This document shows positions 48,459 to 59,205 of a DNA stretch of 64,000 bases, one piece after another. Position numbers and translations under genes: made by a program. Numbering within the stretch: the first letter of the stretch is position 1; each line of letters starts with the position of its first letter. Origin of the DNA: an uncultured Planctomycetales bacterium (GTDB taxonomy: Bacteria; Omnitrophota; Gorgyraeia; Zapsychrales; JAHFFX01); the NCBI GenBank assembly GCA_964612665.1, contig CAZTCI010000001.1, positions 898 to 64,897 on the forward strand, in the 5' to 3' direction. The notes under the pieces were generated by a model that did no database searches, had not been told where the DNA came from, and saw only the letters and a list, made by a program, of their open reading frames with translations.

Positions 48459-49100
48459 TTAAGCGGACTTTTTTTTAGAAAAAAAATTGACGCGCGACTC
48501 TTTTCCTGACAGGAGCCGGCGAATGTTGGGACGATGACGGAGAATAACGAAGATACAGATGATGATTCCGAGGGAAACCACTTCCAAAGGTTGATTAAAA
48601 TAAATCATTAAAAAAGGCAAGACCGTTGCGGCCGCCATTGAGGACAAAGAAACAAACCCTGAAATTAGAAAAACAACAATCCATGACAAAAGAGCTAAAA
48701 ACAAAACTGGTCTAATCGCGGATAATTTTAAGGTTAATCCAATTAAAACACCCAAGCTGGTTGCGATTCCCTTGCCTCCTTTAAAATTTAAAAAAACAGT
48801 CCAATTGTGTCCAACGACAACCATAACCGACAAGGCAACGAGTGCCCACAGATTGTCCGTCCCTAATAACGTGCTAACACCTGCTGTTGCGACAACGCCT
48901 TTTAAGATATCCAACAACAAAACAATAATGCCCGGACCTTTACCAAGCACGCGAAACGCATTCGTCGCGCCAACGTTTCCCGAACCATACTCTCGGATAT
49001 CAATCTTTTTTAAAACACGGCCGAAAATATACGCCGTCGGAATTGACCCAATTAAATAACTTAAACCTAAGCTAACGACGATTTTGAGAATTAGAATCAT
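48459..49100 (-). CDS. plsY: Glycerol-3-phosphate acyltransferase PlsY
   Basis: GSGNVGATNAFRVLGKGPGIIVLLLDILKG. The start is placed at MILILK. Confidence 0.85.
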   Translation of the reverse strand: MILILKIVVSLGLSYLIGSIPTAYIFGRVLKKIDIREYGSGNVGATNAFRVLGKGPGIIVLLLDILKGVVATAGVSTLLGTDNLWALVALSVMVVVGHNWTVFLNFKGGKGIATSLGVLIGLTLKLSAIRPVLFLALLSWIVVFLISGFVSLSSMAAATVLPFLMIYFNQPLEVVSLGIIICIFVILRHRPNIRRLLSGKESRVNFFSKKKSA

Positions 49101-49656
49101 TGAGCGTTTTAATACCTTCCCTGATATAACCAAATCCGGAGATCGCGGTTAAACCAATCGTCACATACCATAAGACCGGCGACAGCTGCCACTGCAGTAA
49201 AACACTTAGCGCACAGCAAATCTGGCAAAAGGTCGTAGCCTTTCCCCACTTCGACGGAATAAGAGATAAATTACCTTGAACCAGATAAATAATCATCGCG
49301 CCTAAAAGTAAAATCACATCACGGCTGATAACACCGACGACGAGCCATAGAGGCAATTTCACTACGGTCAAAACATTTCCCTTAATCGTTAAACAAATAA
49401 AAGCGCTGATTAAAAGCAGTTTGTCGGCCAGCGGATCTAAGATGGCGCCCGCCTTGGTTTTCTGATGACGCGTGCGTGCGATGTAGCCGTCAATGACGTC
49501 CGAAATAACCGCAAATAAAAAAACCGCCAGAGCGATATATCTGAGATATTCGTCGGGCGGTTCATAATAAAGCAATGCCGCAATAAAGATCGGGACCGTC
49601 AAGATCCGCACAATGGTTACTTTATTGGCAAAGGTTAACGCCATAAGTTTATTCAA
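49072..49656 (-). CDS. pgsA: CDP-diacylglycerol--glycerol-3-phosphate 3-phosphatidyltransferase
   Basis: DVIDGYIARTRHQKTKAGAILDPLADKLL (CDP-alcohol phosphatidyltransferase motif). Confidence 0.85.
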   Translation of the reverse strand: MNKLMALTFANKVTIVRILTVPIFIAALLYYEPPDEYLRYIALAVFLFAVISDVIDGYIARTRHQKTKAGAILDPLADKLLLISAFICLTIKGNVLTVVKLPLWLVVGVISRDVILLLGAMIIYLVQGNLSLIPSKWGKATTFCQICCALSVLLQWQLSPVLWYVTIGLTAISGFGYIREGIKTLNDSNSQNRR

Positions 49657-50014
49657 CTTCTTTTAAAGGAACGTGATGTTCTGGGCAAACCACGACGCGG
49701 CCGCTGAAACGTTTGCCATCAACAGGACAATATTTCACGACGACCCGTTCGCCGCCGACGGCACCGGTAATCGATTGCACGGCGGATTTTGCTTCTTCGT
49801 TATTGGCTAAATCTTTCGCGAGAGCCTTCGCCTCTTCATCGCTTAAAGGTTTTCCTTTATAAGAACCAGCCAGCGCTTTTAAAGCAGAGACTGTTTCTTT
49901 GGAATCATCCTTATTAAGCGGTTGTTTGGTTTGAGCGGTACGACAACCACTAATAGTTAAGGCCAATCCTATAATAAAAATAAAGCACCATTTATATTTT
50001 AAAGAGAATTTCAT
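49649..50014 (-). CDS. Lipoprotein with a C-terminal zinc-ribbon-like CP.DG....CPEHH motif
   Basis: Lipobox ISGCRT. The C-terminus reads YCPVDGKRFSGRVVVCPEHH. Confidence 0.45.
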   Translation of the reverse strand: MKFSLKYKWCFIFIIGLALTISGCRTAQTKQPLNKDDSKETVSALKALAGSYKGKPLSDEEAKALAKDLANNEEAKSAVQSITGAVGGERVVVKYCPVDGKRFSGRVVVCPEHHVPLKEVE

Positions 50015-50041
50015 GGAAGCTATAATTTTGGTTTGGTTAAC

Positions 50042-50836
50042 CTATTTAATAAATCGGATCCGGTTGGGCGGCCAATAAATTAATTCAGCCCGTCCAATCA
50101 TAAGATCCTTGGGAACAAATCCCCAGTAACGACTGTCTTTACTCGAAGCGCTGTTATCACCTAAAACAAAATAATGATTTTCAGGGACTTTAATTTTACG
50201 ACCCGGCTGGCCATAAGCGCCTTGGTTATAGTAATAGCGGTTTTTGATAAGAGGATCTTCGTAAATTTTTCCGTCAATGTAAATGTGGCCGTCTTTGATT
50301 TCAACCGTGTCGCCGCCGACGGCAATCAAACGTTTAATAAAATCGCGGCTGCGGTCTTCCGGATATTCAAAGACAACGATGTCCCCGCGTTTGGGAGAAC
50401 CTAACCCGGAAATACGATAGTTTGTGAAAGGAACCCGCGGACCGTAAATATATTTACTGACTAAAATCCTGTCCCCTTCTAAAAGCGTCATGCGCATAGA
50501 TCCCGACGGGATTTTGAAAGCTTGAATAACAAATGTACGAATCAAAAGCGCCAACACCAGCGCGACAACGATCGATTCTGTCCATTCCCGCACGACGGCG
50601 TTTTGTTGAGAACGTTCCAACAGCGCCAGAATTTCTTTGCGTTTAGAATTAAACCTTTCAAGATTTAAAGTGTTAGGTGGATCTAATTTCTTAAGATTAA
50701 CTTGAACAATACCTTGAGCGTCGATGTATCCTTGCTTGTATAAAACTTCCCACAATCCTTGGGCATCATTCGGTACAACTTTGGTGAGAACCTCCGGTGT
50801 AACCCGGCCGTACTTTATCATTCTGTTATAGACCAT
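50042..50836 (-). CDS. lepB: Signal peptidase I
   Basis: IPSGSMRMTL (catalytic Ser) and GDNSASSKDSRYWGFVP (box E). Confidence 0.9.
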   Translation of the reverse strand: MVYNRMIKYGRVTPEVLTKVVPNDAQGLWEVLYKQGYIDAQGIVQVNLKKLDPPNTLNLERFNSKRKEILALLERSQQNAVVREWTESIVVALVLALLIRTFVIQAFKIPSGSMRMTLLEGDRILVSKYIYGPRVPFTNYRISGLGSPKRGDIVVFEYPEDRSRDFIKRLIAVGGDTVEIKDGHIYIDGKIYEDPLIKNRYYYNQGAYGQPGRKIKVPENHYFVLGDNSASSKDSRYWGFVPKDLMIGRAELIYWPPNRIRFIK

Positions 50837-52626
50837 TATATTTTAAGCGCGGCCAGAAAGGCTTCTTGGGGAATTTCGACGTTACCGATCTGTTTGAGCC
50901 GCTTCTTCCCTTCTTTTTGTTTTTCCCAGAGTTTTCGTTTGCGCGTGATGTCACCGCCGTAACATTTGGCCGTCACGTTTTTCCCGACGGCTTTGACTTT
51001 GGCGCTCGAGATGATGCGCCCGTCGCAGGCGGCTTGAATTTTAACTTCGAAAAGCTGCTGTGGAATTAAATCCTTAAGTTTAGTGACCAGCCCCAAACCT
51101 TTTTCATAAGCGCGTTCTTTATTAACTAAACACGAAAACGCGTCACATATTTTATCATTAATTAAAATATCTAATTTGGAAATTTGCGCGGGTGCGTAAC
51201 CTTTAAATTCATAATCAATTGAACCGTAGCCTTTCGTCGCCGATTTCACCAAATCATTAAAGTCCACAATGACTTCAGACAATGGAATTTCAAAAACAAC
51301 TTTCATGCGGTCAGACACAAATTCACTTTTCTGATAAATGCCGCGTTTGCGTTTGGCCAATTCCATAACCGCATCCATCGCAAAGACAGGTGTAAAAACG
51401 TTTACCATCAAGACCGGTTCTTCTATGCGTGCGATTTCAGATGAATTCGGCAATTCCGTCGGACTTTCGATCTCATAACTGTTACCATCTTTGGTCACGA
51501 CGCGATAACTAACGTTCGGTGTTGTCAAAATTAAATTTAAATCATATTCGCGTTGCAAACGTTCCTGCACAATTTCCATATGCAGCAAACCTAAAAATCC
51601 GCAGCGAAATCCATGCCCGAACGATTGCGAACTTTCCGGCTGGGCCACAAAACTGGGGTCATTTAAACCTAACTTTTGAATCGCTTCACGCAGATTCATA
51701 AAATCTTTGCCGTTGACGGGATAAACTCCGCAAAAAACGAGCGGCTTTAATTGCCGGTAGCCGGGCAGCGGCGCTTCAACCGGATTTTCAAATTCAGTGA
51801 CCGTATCGCCGACGCGGACTTCTTTGGGATCATGAATATTACACGTAATGTAACCGACCTCTCCACAAGTTAACTCTTTCACCTTAACTGCCTCTGGACG
51901 GAAAACACCAATTTCCTCAACTGTAAAATCTTTTCCCGAATGCATCATCTTGATATGCATGTCGGGCTTGATGCTTCCGTGCATCACCCGGACATAAATG
52001 ATAATTCCTTTATAAATATCAAACTTCATGTCAAAAATGAGCGCTTGAAGCTTGCCGTTTTCATTGCCCTCGGGATGTGGAATGAAACTGACGATTTTTT
52101 CAAAGACGTCTTTAATACCAATCCCTTCTTTCGCGGAAACTTTGAGGATGTCTTGTTCTTTAAATTTAAAAACTTCAGTTAATTGTTTGGTCGCAGCGGG
52201 GATATCGGCGCTGGCGATGTCAATTTTGTTAATGATGGGAAGAATTTCTAGATTATTTTCGATGGCGAGATAAAAATTGGCGACGGTCTGCGATTCAACG
52301 CCTTGCGTGGCATCGACGACAAGCAAAGCGCCTTCGCACGCGCGCAAAGACTTTTCAACTTCATAAGAAAAATCCACATGTCCTGGTGTGTCGATCAGAT
52401 TAAACACGTATTGCTGCCCGTCGTTGGCTTTATAATCCAACCGCACGGCGGAGGCTTTGATCGTGATGCCGCGCTCACGTTCCAAATCCATATCATCCAA
52501 CAGCTGATGCTGAAATTTACGTTCATCAATCGCACCGGTAAAAAGCAAAAAACGGTCAGCCAGCGTTGATTTGCCGTGATCGATGTGGGCGATGATTGAA
52601 AAATTTCGAATGAGTTTTTGGTCCAT
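50836..52626 (-). CDS. lepA: Elongation factor 4
   Basis: IIAHIDHGKSTLADR, DTPGHVDF, and the LepA-specific C-terminal domain. Confidence 0.95.
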   Translation of the reverse strand: MDQKLIRNFSIIAHIDHGKSTLADRFLLFTGAIDERKFQHQLLDDMDLERERGITIKASAVRLDYKANDGQQYVFNLIDTPGHVDFSYEVEKSLRACEGALLVVDATQGVESQTVANFYLAIENNLEILPIINKIDIASADIPAATKQLTEVFKFKEQDILKVSAKEGIGIKDVFEKIVSFIPHPEGNENGKLQALIFDMKFDIYKGIIIYVRVMHGSIKPDMHIKMMHSGKDFTVEEIGVFRPEAVKVKELTCGEVGYITCNIHDPKEVRVGDTVTEFENPVEAPLPGYRQLKPLVFCGVYPVNGKDFMNLREAIQKLGLNDPSFVAQPESSQSFGHGFRCGFLGLLHMEIVQERLQREYDLNLILTTPNVSYRVVTKDGNSYEIESPTELPNSSEIARIEEPVLMVNVFTPVFAMDAVMELAKRKRGIYQKSEFVSDRMKVVFEIPLSEVIVDFNDLVKSATKGYGSIDYEFKGYAPAQISKLDILINDKICDAFSCLVNKERAYEKGLGLVTKLKDLIPQQLFEVKIQAACDGRIISSAKVKAVGKNVTAKCYGGDITRKRKLWEKQKEGKKRLKQIGNVEIPQEAFLAALKI

Positions 52627-52637
52627 CTTCTTACTTT

Positions 52638-52720
52638 TAACGAATTGTGAACGCGAATCTACGCGAATTGCACACGAAATATTCGCGAATATTTGTGTGT
52701 CATTCAGGCGAATTCGCGTT
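52638..52720. repeat. CGCGAAT-heptamer palindromic intergenic element, copy C
   Basis: aacgcgaatctacgcgaattgcacacgaa-atattcgcgaatat-ttgtgtgtcattcaggcgaattcgcgtt. An imperfect inverted repeat around a 14 bp perfect palindrome. Confidence 0.6.
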
Positions 52721-53421
52721 TAAATTGAAATAAACTTTAAAATTTTTTCCGTCGACTGAGGAACAGTCAACCCGGTCGAATCAATCACAATCGCGTCGTC
52801 CGCTTTTTTGAGCGGGCCGACTTTGCGGGTAAAATCTTTTTGGTCGCGTTCTTGAAGGTCTTGTTTCAAAAGCGTTTCATTAACGACTTCGCCTTTGGCT
52901 TGGAGTTCTTTAATCCGCCGTTGGCAGCGTTCGTTAAAATCAGCGTCGAGATAGAATTTATATTTGGCGTTGGGAAAAATCACGGTGCCGGCATCGCGGC
53001 CTTCAACTACAATGCTGGTTTTCGCACCGATGCGGCGCTGCCATTCAACCATAATCGCGCGAACCTTCGGCGCCCTGGCTGCGTAAAATGTATTGTTGGT
53101 GATTTCAACAGACCGTATAGCTTCAGAAACATCACGACCGTCTAACAGCACATGAAGCGTTTGATGCGCGTCGGTCTTTAAATCAATCGTTGTTTGATGC
53201 GCTAACGCAACAAGCGCTTCTTCATCTTCGAGATTAATTTTATTCTCTAAAGCCTTTAAGGTCAACGCCCGGTACATAGCTCCCGTATCAAGATACGAAA
53301 AATTTAACCGTCGGGCAAGCTCTCGGGCCGTTGTACTTTTGCCGGCACCCGCTGGACCGTCGATTGTAATAACAATGGCCTCTTTGGTAGAGGCCTTTTC
53401 AATGACTTCCTTTGATTTCAT
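52720..53421 (-). CDS. cmk: Cytidylate kinase
   Basis: ITIDGPAGAGKSTTAREL. Confidence 0.9.
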   Translation of the reverse strand: MKSKEVIEKASTKEAIVITIDGPAGAGKSTTARELARRLNFSYLDTGAMYRALTLKALENKINLEDEEALVALAHQTTIDLKTDAHQTLHVLLDGRDVSEAIRSVEITNNTFYAARAPKVRAIMVEWQRRIGAKTSIVVEGRDAGTVIFPNAKYKFYLDADFNERCQRRIKELQAKGEVVNETLLKQDLQERDQKDFTRKVGPLKKADDAIVIDSTGLTVPQSTEKILKFISI

Positions 53422-53428
53422 GACTGCG

Positions 53429-54292
53429 TTAGTTGGCAACAGGATCGAGTCCGTCGCGCTTGAGTTTAGATTTTTTGAAAACTTCAGTTAAATTGCTGTC
53501 GTCTTTAGCGACGATCAATTTACGCAAATAAGCCATATTTTTGATTAATGAATCGAGCGCCCCAACCACGTTATGTGAATTCGTCATGCAAATATCATTC
53601 CACATATTCGGAGAACTGGCGGCGATGCGGGTTGTGTCTTTAAGTCCTTGTCCGGCGTAAGGCAGATAATCATCGGGAATAACATTCATCAATCCATACG
53701 CGATTAAATGCGGCAGGTGACTCGTATACCCTAAAATGCGGTCATGGTCTGTCGGGTTTAAAGTTTTGACTTGAGTACCCAAGCGGGACCAGAAAGTTTT
53801 GAGTTTTTCTTCAGCGCTTTTGTTAGTGCGTTCATTCGGTGTCATCAAACACAACGAATTGGCAAATAAATCCGGCGTCGCGAAGGCAACGCCTTTTTTT
53901 TCGGAACCAGCCATCGGATGAGATCCGACGAAGAAAGCCGTATTAAAATTTTTTTCAGCGCATTCAACAATCGCGATTTTGGTTGAGCCAACATCCGTCA
54001 CGATACAACCGCGTTTAACACAGCGGCCGATCGTTGGAAGAAGCGTGATGATTGTATTAACTGGCGTTGCCATGATAACCAAATCAGCGTCGACGACGGC
54101 CTTTCTCACATCATGAAACGCCCGGTCGATCGCATGATGTTTAAGCGCGTAAACTAATGAGGTGTGGCGGTGGGATAATCCGAAGACCTCTTTGGCCAGA
54201 CGGTATTTTTTAATCGCCATACCTAATGAACCGCCGATTAATCCGACACCGATAATCGTGATTTGTTTAAACAAAGGAGATTCGTCATGCAT
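53429..54292 (-). CDS. tyrA: Prephenate dehydrogenase
   Basis: [19 protein letters not shown] Rossmann motif and TyrA family blocks. Confidence 0.8.
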   Translation of the reverse strand: MHDESPLFKQITIIGVGLIGGSLGMAIKKYRLAKEVFGLSHRHTSLVYALKHHAIDRAFHDVRKAVVDADLVIMATPVNTIITLLPTIGRCVKRGCIVTDVGSTKIAIVECAEKNFNTAFFVGSHPMAGSEKKGVAFATPDLFANSLCLMTPNERTNKSAEEKLKTFWSRLGTQVKTLNPTDHDRILGYTSHLPHLIAYGLMNVIPDDYLPYAGQGLKDTTRIAASSPNMWNDICMTNSHNVVGALDSLIKNMAYLRKLIVAKDDSNLTEVFKKSKLKRDGLDPVAN

Positions 54293-54293
54293 G

Positions 54294-55310
54294 TTACAGT
54301 TCCCTTCCGACGGCCTTGGCAATTAATTTTAGTTCCTTAAGCAACGTGCTGAACTTGTCAGGCATGAGCGATTGCGCCCCGTCGGACAATGCCTCTTCGG
54401 GATTCTCATGGACTTCAATCATAAGTCCATCGCAACCCGCCGCAACAGCCGCCTTGGCGCCGCTCGGCACCAATCCCCAGCGTCCCGTACCGTGACTTGG
54501 ATCAACAATAATCGGCAAATGCGATAATTGTTTGACGACGGGAACAGCATTAATATCCAGGGTATTACGGGTTGCGGTTTCAAAGGTACGAATCCCGCGT
54601 TCACACAGCATGACATCAAAATTGCCTTTAGATAAAATATATTCGGCCGACATTAAAAGATCTTTAATTGTTGCGCTCATTCCGCGTTTGAGTAAGACAG
54701 GTTTTTTGGTGGCGCCGACTTCTTTAAGAAGTGCGAAATTTTGCATGTTGCGCGCGCCGATTTGAAAAACATCAGCATATTTTGCGATTAATCCTACATC
54801 GCGCGGGTCCATGACTTCGGAAATGGTTGCAATGCCCACTTCCTTGCCGACCTCTTTTAAATATTTCAATCCCTCTTCACCCAGCCCTTGGAAATCGTAA
54901 GGTGAAGTCCGTGGTTTAAATGCGCCGCCGCGCAGCAACGTTGCGCCCGCTTTTTTGACTTTTTTTGCAGTTGACAACAAACCCTTATAACTTTCAATCG
55001 AACATGGGCCAGCCATGACAATAATTTTCTTTCCGCCCGCCTTTACTTTACTGTCAATTTTTATAAGTGAATTTTCTTTCTTAAATTCCCGGGAGACAAG
55101 TTTGTACGGCGCTAAAACCGGCATGACTTTCTCAACGCCTGGGAAAACTTCAAGCGGCGTCACCCGCAAAACATCTTCCGGCCCGATAAACCCGACGACG
55201 GTGCGTTCAACCCCGCGGGAAACATGCGCTTTGAGCCCCAGGCTCTCGGCCTTTTCAATCAAATGTTTAATCTGTTCGTCAGTTGCATTTTTCCGTAAAA
55301 CAACAATCAT
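54294..55310 (-). CDS. aroF: 3-deoxy-7-phosphoheptulonate (DAHP) synthase, class I-beta, with an N-terminal ferredoxin-like regulatory domain
   Basis: [23 protein letters not shown], and a ~90-aa N-terminal extension as in Thermotoga-type DAHP synthases. Confidence 0.8.
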   Translation of the reverse strand: MIVVLRKNATDEQIKHLIEKAESLGLKAHVSRGVERTVVGFIGPEDVLRVTPLEVFPGVEKVMPVLAPYKLVSREFKKENSLIKIDSKVKAGGKKIIVMAGPCSIESYKGLLSTAKKVKKAGATLLRGGAFKPRTSPYDFQGLGEEGLKYLKEVGKEVGIATISEVMDPRDVGLIAKYADVFQIGARNMQNFALLKEVGATKKPVLLKRGMSATIKDLLMSAEYILSKGNFDVMLCERGIRTFETATRNTLDINAVPVVKQLSHLPIIVDPSHGTGRWGLVPSGAKAAVAAGCDGLMIEVHENPEEALSDGAQSLMPDKFSTLLKELKLIAKAVGREL

Positions 55311-56395
55311 AAAACAACCTCCTTCAATGCCCGCATGAATTTTTTATTTTCCAATGGTGTCCCGACCGTCACGCGGATAAAATTTTTTAACCCCCAAAAA
55401 TCCATATCCCGGACGATCACGCCTTTTTTGAGCAACGCCTGACTGACCTGGCGGCTGTCTTTATTCACGTTCACTAAAATAAAGTTGGTCGAGCTTTCAA
55501 CGTAAGCCAATCCTAATTGTTTAAAATTTTTGTAATAATTTTTCTTTTCCTTATTTAATTGAGTTGTAATCCGACGATAATAAGAGGTGTCATTCAAACA
55601 GGCGATTGCGGCGGCTTGCGCGAGCGAATTCACATTAAACGGCTCGCGGACGCGTTCTAAGACTTCAATAAATTCCGGCCGCGCGATGCCATAACCGATT
55701 CTTAAACCCGCGAGTCCATACATCTTTGAAAAAGTACGCGTGGCCAGTACATTCGGAAACTCTTTTAAAAGCTCAATCCCATCGGGATAATCGGGCGCAT
55801 CAACGAATTCAAAATAAGCTTCATCTATAACAACGCAAATATCCCGACGGATATTTTTTAGAAATTTTAATAGTTCACCTTGTGGGATATAGGTGCTGGA
55901 AGGATTATCCGGGTTACCGATAAAGATGATCCGCGTCTTGGCGGTAACGGCCTTTTGCATCGCCTTCAGGTCATACCGAAAATCTTTTAAGGCAGCCGTT
56001 TTAATGACCGCTCCTGCAATCTGCGCTGCGATTTCATAAACCAAGAATGACGGTTTGGCAACAATGACTTCATCGCCATCGGCAACCAGTACACGCACCG
56101 CCATGACAATAATTTCATCCGACCCATTTCCAAAGATGATCTGATTTGCCGCAACCTTTAAACGCTTGCTCAGTTCTTGTCTCAGCTTAAAACAGCCGCC
56201 GTCGGGATAACGGTTTAATTGTTTAGCTTCCTGAGCGATCGCTCGCAAAACTTTTGGTGACGGCGGCAGCGGGCATTCGTTTGAGGCAAGTTTGATGACC
56301 TGCCGCAGCCCCAGCTCGCGTTTAACTTCTTCGATCGGTTTACCGGGAATATATGGCTTGACCTCCAGGATATTTTTCTTGATTGAGAAATTCAT
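55307..56395 (-). CDS. hisC: Histidinol-phosphate/aromatic aminotransferase (class II, PLP-dependent)
   Basis: LASNECPLPPSP and the TFSKMYGLAGLRIGY lysine motif. Confidence 0.8.
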   Translation of the reverse strand: MNFSIKKNILEVKPYIPGKPIEEVKRELGLRQVIKLASNECPLPPSPKVLRAIAQEAKQLNRYPDGGCFKLRQELSKRLKVAANQIIFGNGSDEIIVMAVRVLVADGDEVIVAKPSFLVYEIAAQIAGAVIKTAALKDFRYDLKAMQKAVTAKTRIIFIGNPDNPSSTYIPQGELLKFLKNIRRDICVVIDEAYFEFVDAPDYPDGIELLKEFPNVLATRTFSKMYGLAGLRIGYGIARPEFIEVLERVREPFNVNSLAQAAAIACLNDTSYYRRITTQLNKEKKNYYKNFKQLGLAYVESSTNFILVNVNKDSRQVSQALLKKGVIVRDMDFWGLKNFIRVTVGTPLENKKFMRALKEVVL

Positions 56396-56404
56396 TTACT
56401 TATT

Positions 56405-56492
56405 TAAACGCGAATTCTCACGAATTACACACGAATTAGCGCGAATCTATTCGCGAAAATTTGTGTGTAATTTGCGATCATTCGCGTTTAAT
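56405..56492. repeat. CGCGAAT-heptamer palindromic intergenic element, copy D
   Basis: taaacgcgaattctcacgaattacacacgaatt-agcgcgaatctattcgcgaaa-atttgtgtgtaatttgcgatcattcgcgttta. Confidence 0.6.
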
Positions 56493-56499
56493 AAACCTT

Positions 56500-57561
56500 T
56501 CATTTCAACGTAGGATACGAACCCAAAATCTTCAAATACTTGCACATGTCTTCCAAAGATTTAAGCGCGTTTTTCACTTTTAGATCCAAGCGGTGTCCTT
56601 CGAAATCCACAAAAAAATAATAATCCCACGCCTTTTTCTTCGACGGACGCGATTCAATCTTGGTTAAATTAATATTGTTGGCGTAAAAAGGTTTCAGCAT
56701 GCTGTACAAGGCGCCGACTTTATCTTTGATAGAAAACAAAATGGAGGTCTTATCCTTACTTGTCGGTGCGGCATCGTTAATGCCCATCACAAAGAAACGG
56801 GTTGTATTATGCGGAATATCATGAATTCCTCGTCGAATAACTGGCAAACTGAAAGCTTCGGAAGCTTCTAACGACGCGATCGCGGCGGCGTCTTTTTCCT
56901 TTAACGCATGCTTCACGGCCTCTGTTGTTGAAGCAACCAAAATCTGGCCTGAAGCTGGCATGTTGTTCATGAGCCAATGGCGGCATTGTTCAAAGACTTG
57001 AGGGTTGGAATAAATTTTCTTGATTTTAGAAATCGGGTAGCGCGACAAAAGATTATGCGAGATTTCAAGCATGCCTTGGCGGCAGATTTTGAGTTCCGAA
57101 TCAACTAAAAGATCAAAGGTCGCCGTGACCGCGCCCTCCGTCGAGTTTTCGATCGGCACAACACCGTAATCGCATTCGCCGCGTTCAACTTTTTGAAATA
57201 CTTCCGGAATATTCTGGCAGGAAACGTACTGGACTTGCGAGCCGAAAATTTTATTGGCGGCGGAATACGTGTAAGCACCGACTTGACCCAACGCCGCGAT
57301 GTTTGGCCTCTTCTCCAGGGATAGCGAACAGGACATAATCTCACGGTAGATGGCTTGAAGCGCCGCATGCGGGACCAGTCCTTTGTTTAAGGCTTTAATG
57401 CGGTTTAAAACTTCCGTCTCTCGGTCGGGCGCATAGACTTCTTTGTTCTTTTTGGCTTTTTCGACGCCGATTGATTTGCTTAATTCCGCGCGGGCGTTTA
57501 AAAGATCAACAATTTTGGCGTCCAGGCTGTCGATTTGTTTGCGAAGGTTTTCAATAGTCAT
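56500..57561 (-). CDS. pheA: Bifunctional chorismate mutase / prephenate dehydratase
   Basis: An N-terminal chorismate-mutase helix bundle, then the PDT domain (ESRP motif) and a C-terminal ACT. Confidence 0.85.
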   Translation of the reverse strand: MTIENLRKQIDSLDAKIVDLLNARAELSKSIGVEKAKKNKEVYAPDRETEVLNRIKALNKGLVPHAALQAIYREIMSCSLSLEKRPNIAALGQVGAYTYSAANKIFGSQVQYVSCQNIPEVFQKVERGECDYGVVPIENSTEGAVTATFDLLVDSELKICRQGMLEISHNLLSRYPISKIKKIYSNPQVFEQCRHWLMNNMPASGQILVASTTEAVKHALKEKDAAAIASLEASEAFSLPVIRRGIHDIPHNTTRFFVMGINDAAPTSKDKTSILFSIKDKVGALYSMLKPFYANNINLTKIESRPSKKKAWDYYFFVDFEGHRLDLKVKNALKSLEDMCKYLKILGSYPTLK

Positions 57562-57572
57562 AATAGGTTTGA

Positions 57573-58487
57573 TTACGTGAGATTTTCTTCTTGGGCAACC
57601 TCTTCGATGGCCTCTTTTAATTTTTTAGACCGTTTAGTTTTGGTCTCGACGGAAATTCCAGAATTCTGTTGCGCTGGTTCTATTTCTTGAACGATATTTT
57701 CCGGTGCATTAAATTCCGCGGCTTCTTTTAAGAACACGGTGACTTCTTCCTTAATAATGGTTGTCTGTTCAACAGATATTTCCGTTAATGATGCGTCAGT
57801 CTTTGATGTCTCAGTTTCTGAAGCACTAACAACGGCTGTCTCTTCAACGGATATCTCTTCAGTCACTTCAACGTTTGCAGAAGAATTGTCTATTGCTGTC
57901 GTGTTCGTCGTTTGATCCGACGTTTCTTCAATGGGCAAAATCTTTGTTTCAGCGGCTAACGCCGGAAAATCTTCAAGCTTCGGTAAATCTTCCAAAGCCC
58001 TTAACCCGAAATATTCTAAGAATTGTTTTGTCGTGCCATACAAAAAAGGCCGCCCGGGAACATCTTTACGACCGACAATCTTGATCAATCCTTTTTCCAA
58101 AAGATGACTCACAACCCCGTCGGAATTGACACCGCGGATCATTTCGACATCAATCCGCGCGACCGGCTGTTTATAGGCCATAATGGCGAGTGTTTCTAAC
58201 GCCGGTTTGGACAATTTTTCTTTGTGCCGGGTTTTATAAAAATTTCTGATCTCTAAAGCGTAGTGCGAAGAGCTTAGCATCTGATAACCGCCCGCGATCG
58301 CGACGATCACAAAGCCGGCGCGGCGGTCGTCGTATTCTTTTTTTAACGCTTCTGCAGTTTCTTTAATCTCCGCGCCGCTCACCGTCGGTAAAACTTCCTT
58401 CAATTGGTCTAAACTTATCGGTTTTTCGCTCACAAACAAAATCGCTTCAATTGTACCTTTGACGTGATCTGTTGGGAAACTGTTCAT
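57573..58487 (-). CDS. scpB: Segregation and condensation protein B with a long acidic C-terminal extension
   Basis: Tandem winged-helix ScpB core followed by a ~120 aa Thr/Glu-rich tail. Confidence 0.8.
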   Translation of the reverse strand: MNSFPTDHVKGTIEAILFVSEKPISLDQLKEVLPTVSGAEIKETAEALKKEYDDRRAGFVIVAIAGGYQMLSSSHYALEIRNFYKTRHKEKLSKPALETLAIMAYKQPVARIDVEMIRGVNSDGVVSHLLEKGLIKIVGRKDVPGRPFLYGTTKQFLEYFGLRALEDLPKLEDFPALAAETKILPIEETSDQTTNTTAIDNSSANVEVTEEISVEETAVVSASETETSKTDASLTEISVEQTTIIKEEVTVFLKEAAEFNAPENIVQEIEPAQQNSGISVETKTKRSKKLKEAIEEVAQEENLT

Positions 58488-59131
58488 TATTTTTTCACCT
58501 TTTGTTTGTAGATTTCATTTAACAGATCTTCGGTTGTGTTTAAATCCTTTGAACGTTCCAACGCTTTTTCAATCATGGCGAGCGCTTCTTGGCGGCGGTA
58601 TTGAAGCTGCAAGAGGACGTCTAGCGCTTCAGCTTGCCAGTTGGGCGCCGCGACTGACGATTTTAACGCCGCGGTCGCGGCGCCCGGCGCTTCCTCTTGA
58701 ATCAATCCAAATTTCCCGAGCTTCCCTTGTAATTTCGCGACGATCTCCTTGGCCCGCTGCGCGCCGATTCCAGGAAGCGTCTTTAAAAAATTTAAATCGT
58801 TTTGATCAATCGCCCGGGTAATTTCCGGGATCGGACAATTCAACGCCCGAACCGCCGCGCGCGGTCCAATGCCAGAAACCGTAATAAACTGCAAAAAGAA
58901 ATCCCGCTCAATTTCATTCATAAATCCAATTAAAACCGGCACGCCTCTCGACGGTTCTAACTGGAAATAATGGTAGATTATCAAAGAGACTTCCGTGTCA
59001 CTGTTAAGTGAAGTTTCCAAACGTTTTAAAACCGGTAACGGGATTAAAACTTCATATCCAACACCGCTGACATCCAAGATAATTGAATTTTCTTTTTTGG
59101 CAATGCATTTGCCTTTGAGTTGAACTATCAT
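58487..59131 (-). CDS. ruvA: Holliday junction DNA helicase RuvA
   Basis: MIVQLKGK...VGYEV and HhH motifs. The start is placed at MIVQL. Confidence 0.85.
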   Translation of the reverse strand: MIVQLKGKCIAKKENSIILDVSGVGYEVLIPLPVLKRLETSLNSDTEVSLIIYHYFQLEPSRGVPVLIGFMNEIERDFFLQFITVSGIGPRAAVRALNCPIPEITRAIDQNDLNFLKTLPGIGAQRAKEIVAKLQGKLGKFGLIQEEAPGAATAALKSSVAAPNWQAEALDVLLQLQYRRQEALAMIEKALERSKDLNTTEDLLNEIYKQKVKK

Positions 59132-59205
59132 TGTATTGGAACCTTTAGAATTTCCAATACACAATCTGACAAATTACAAACAATACACAATAGACAGTCG
59201 ACAAT

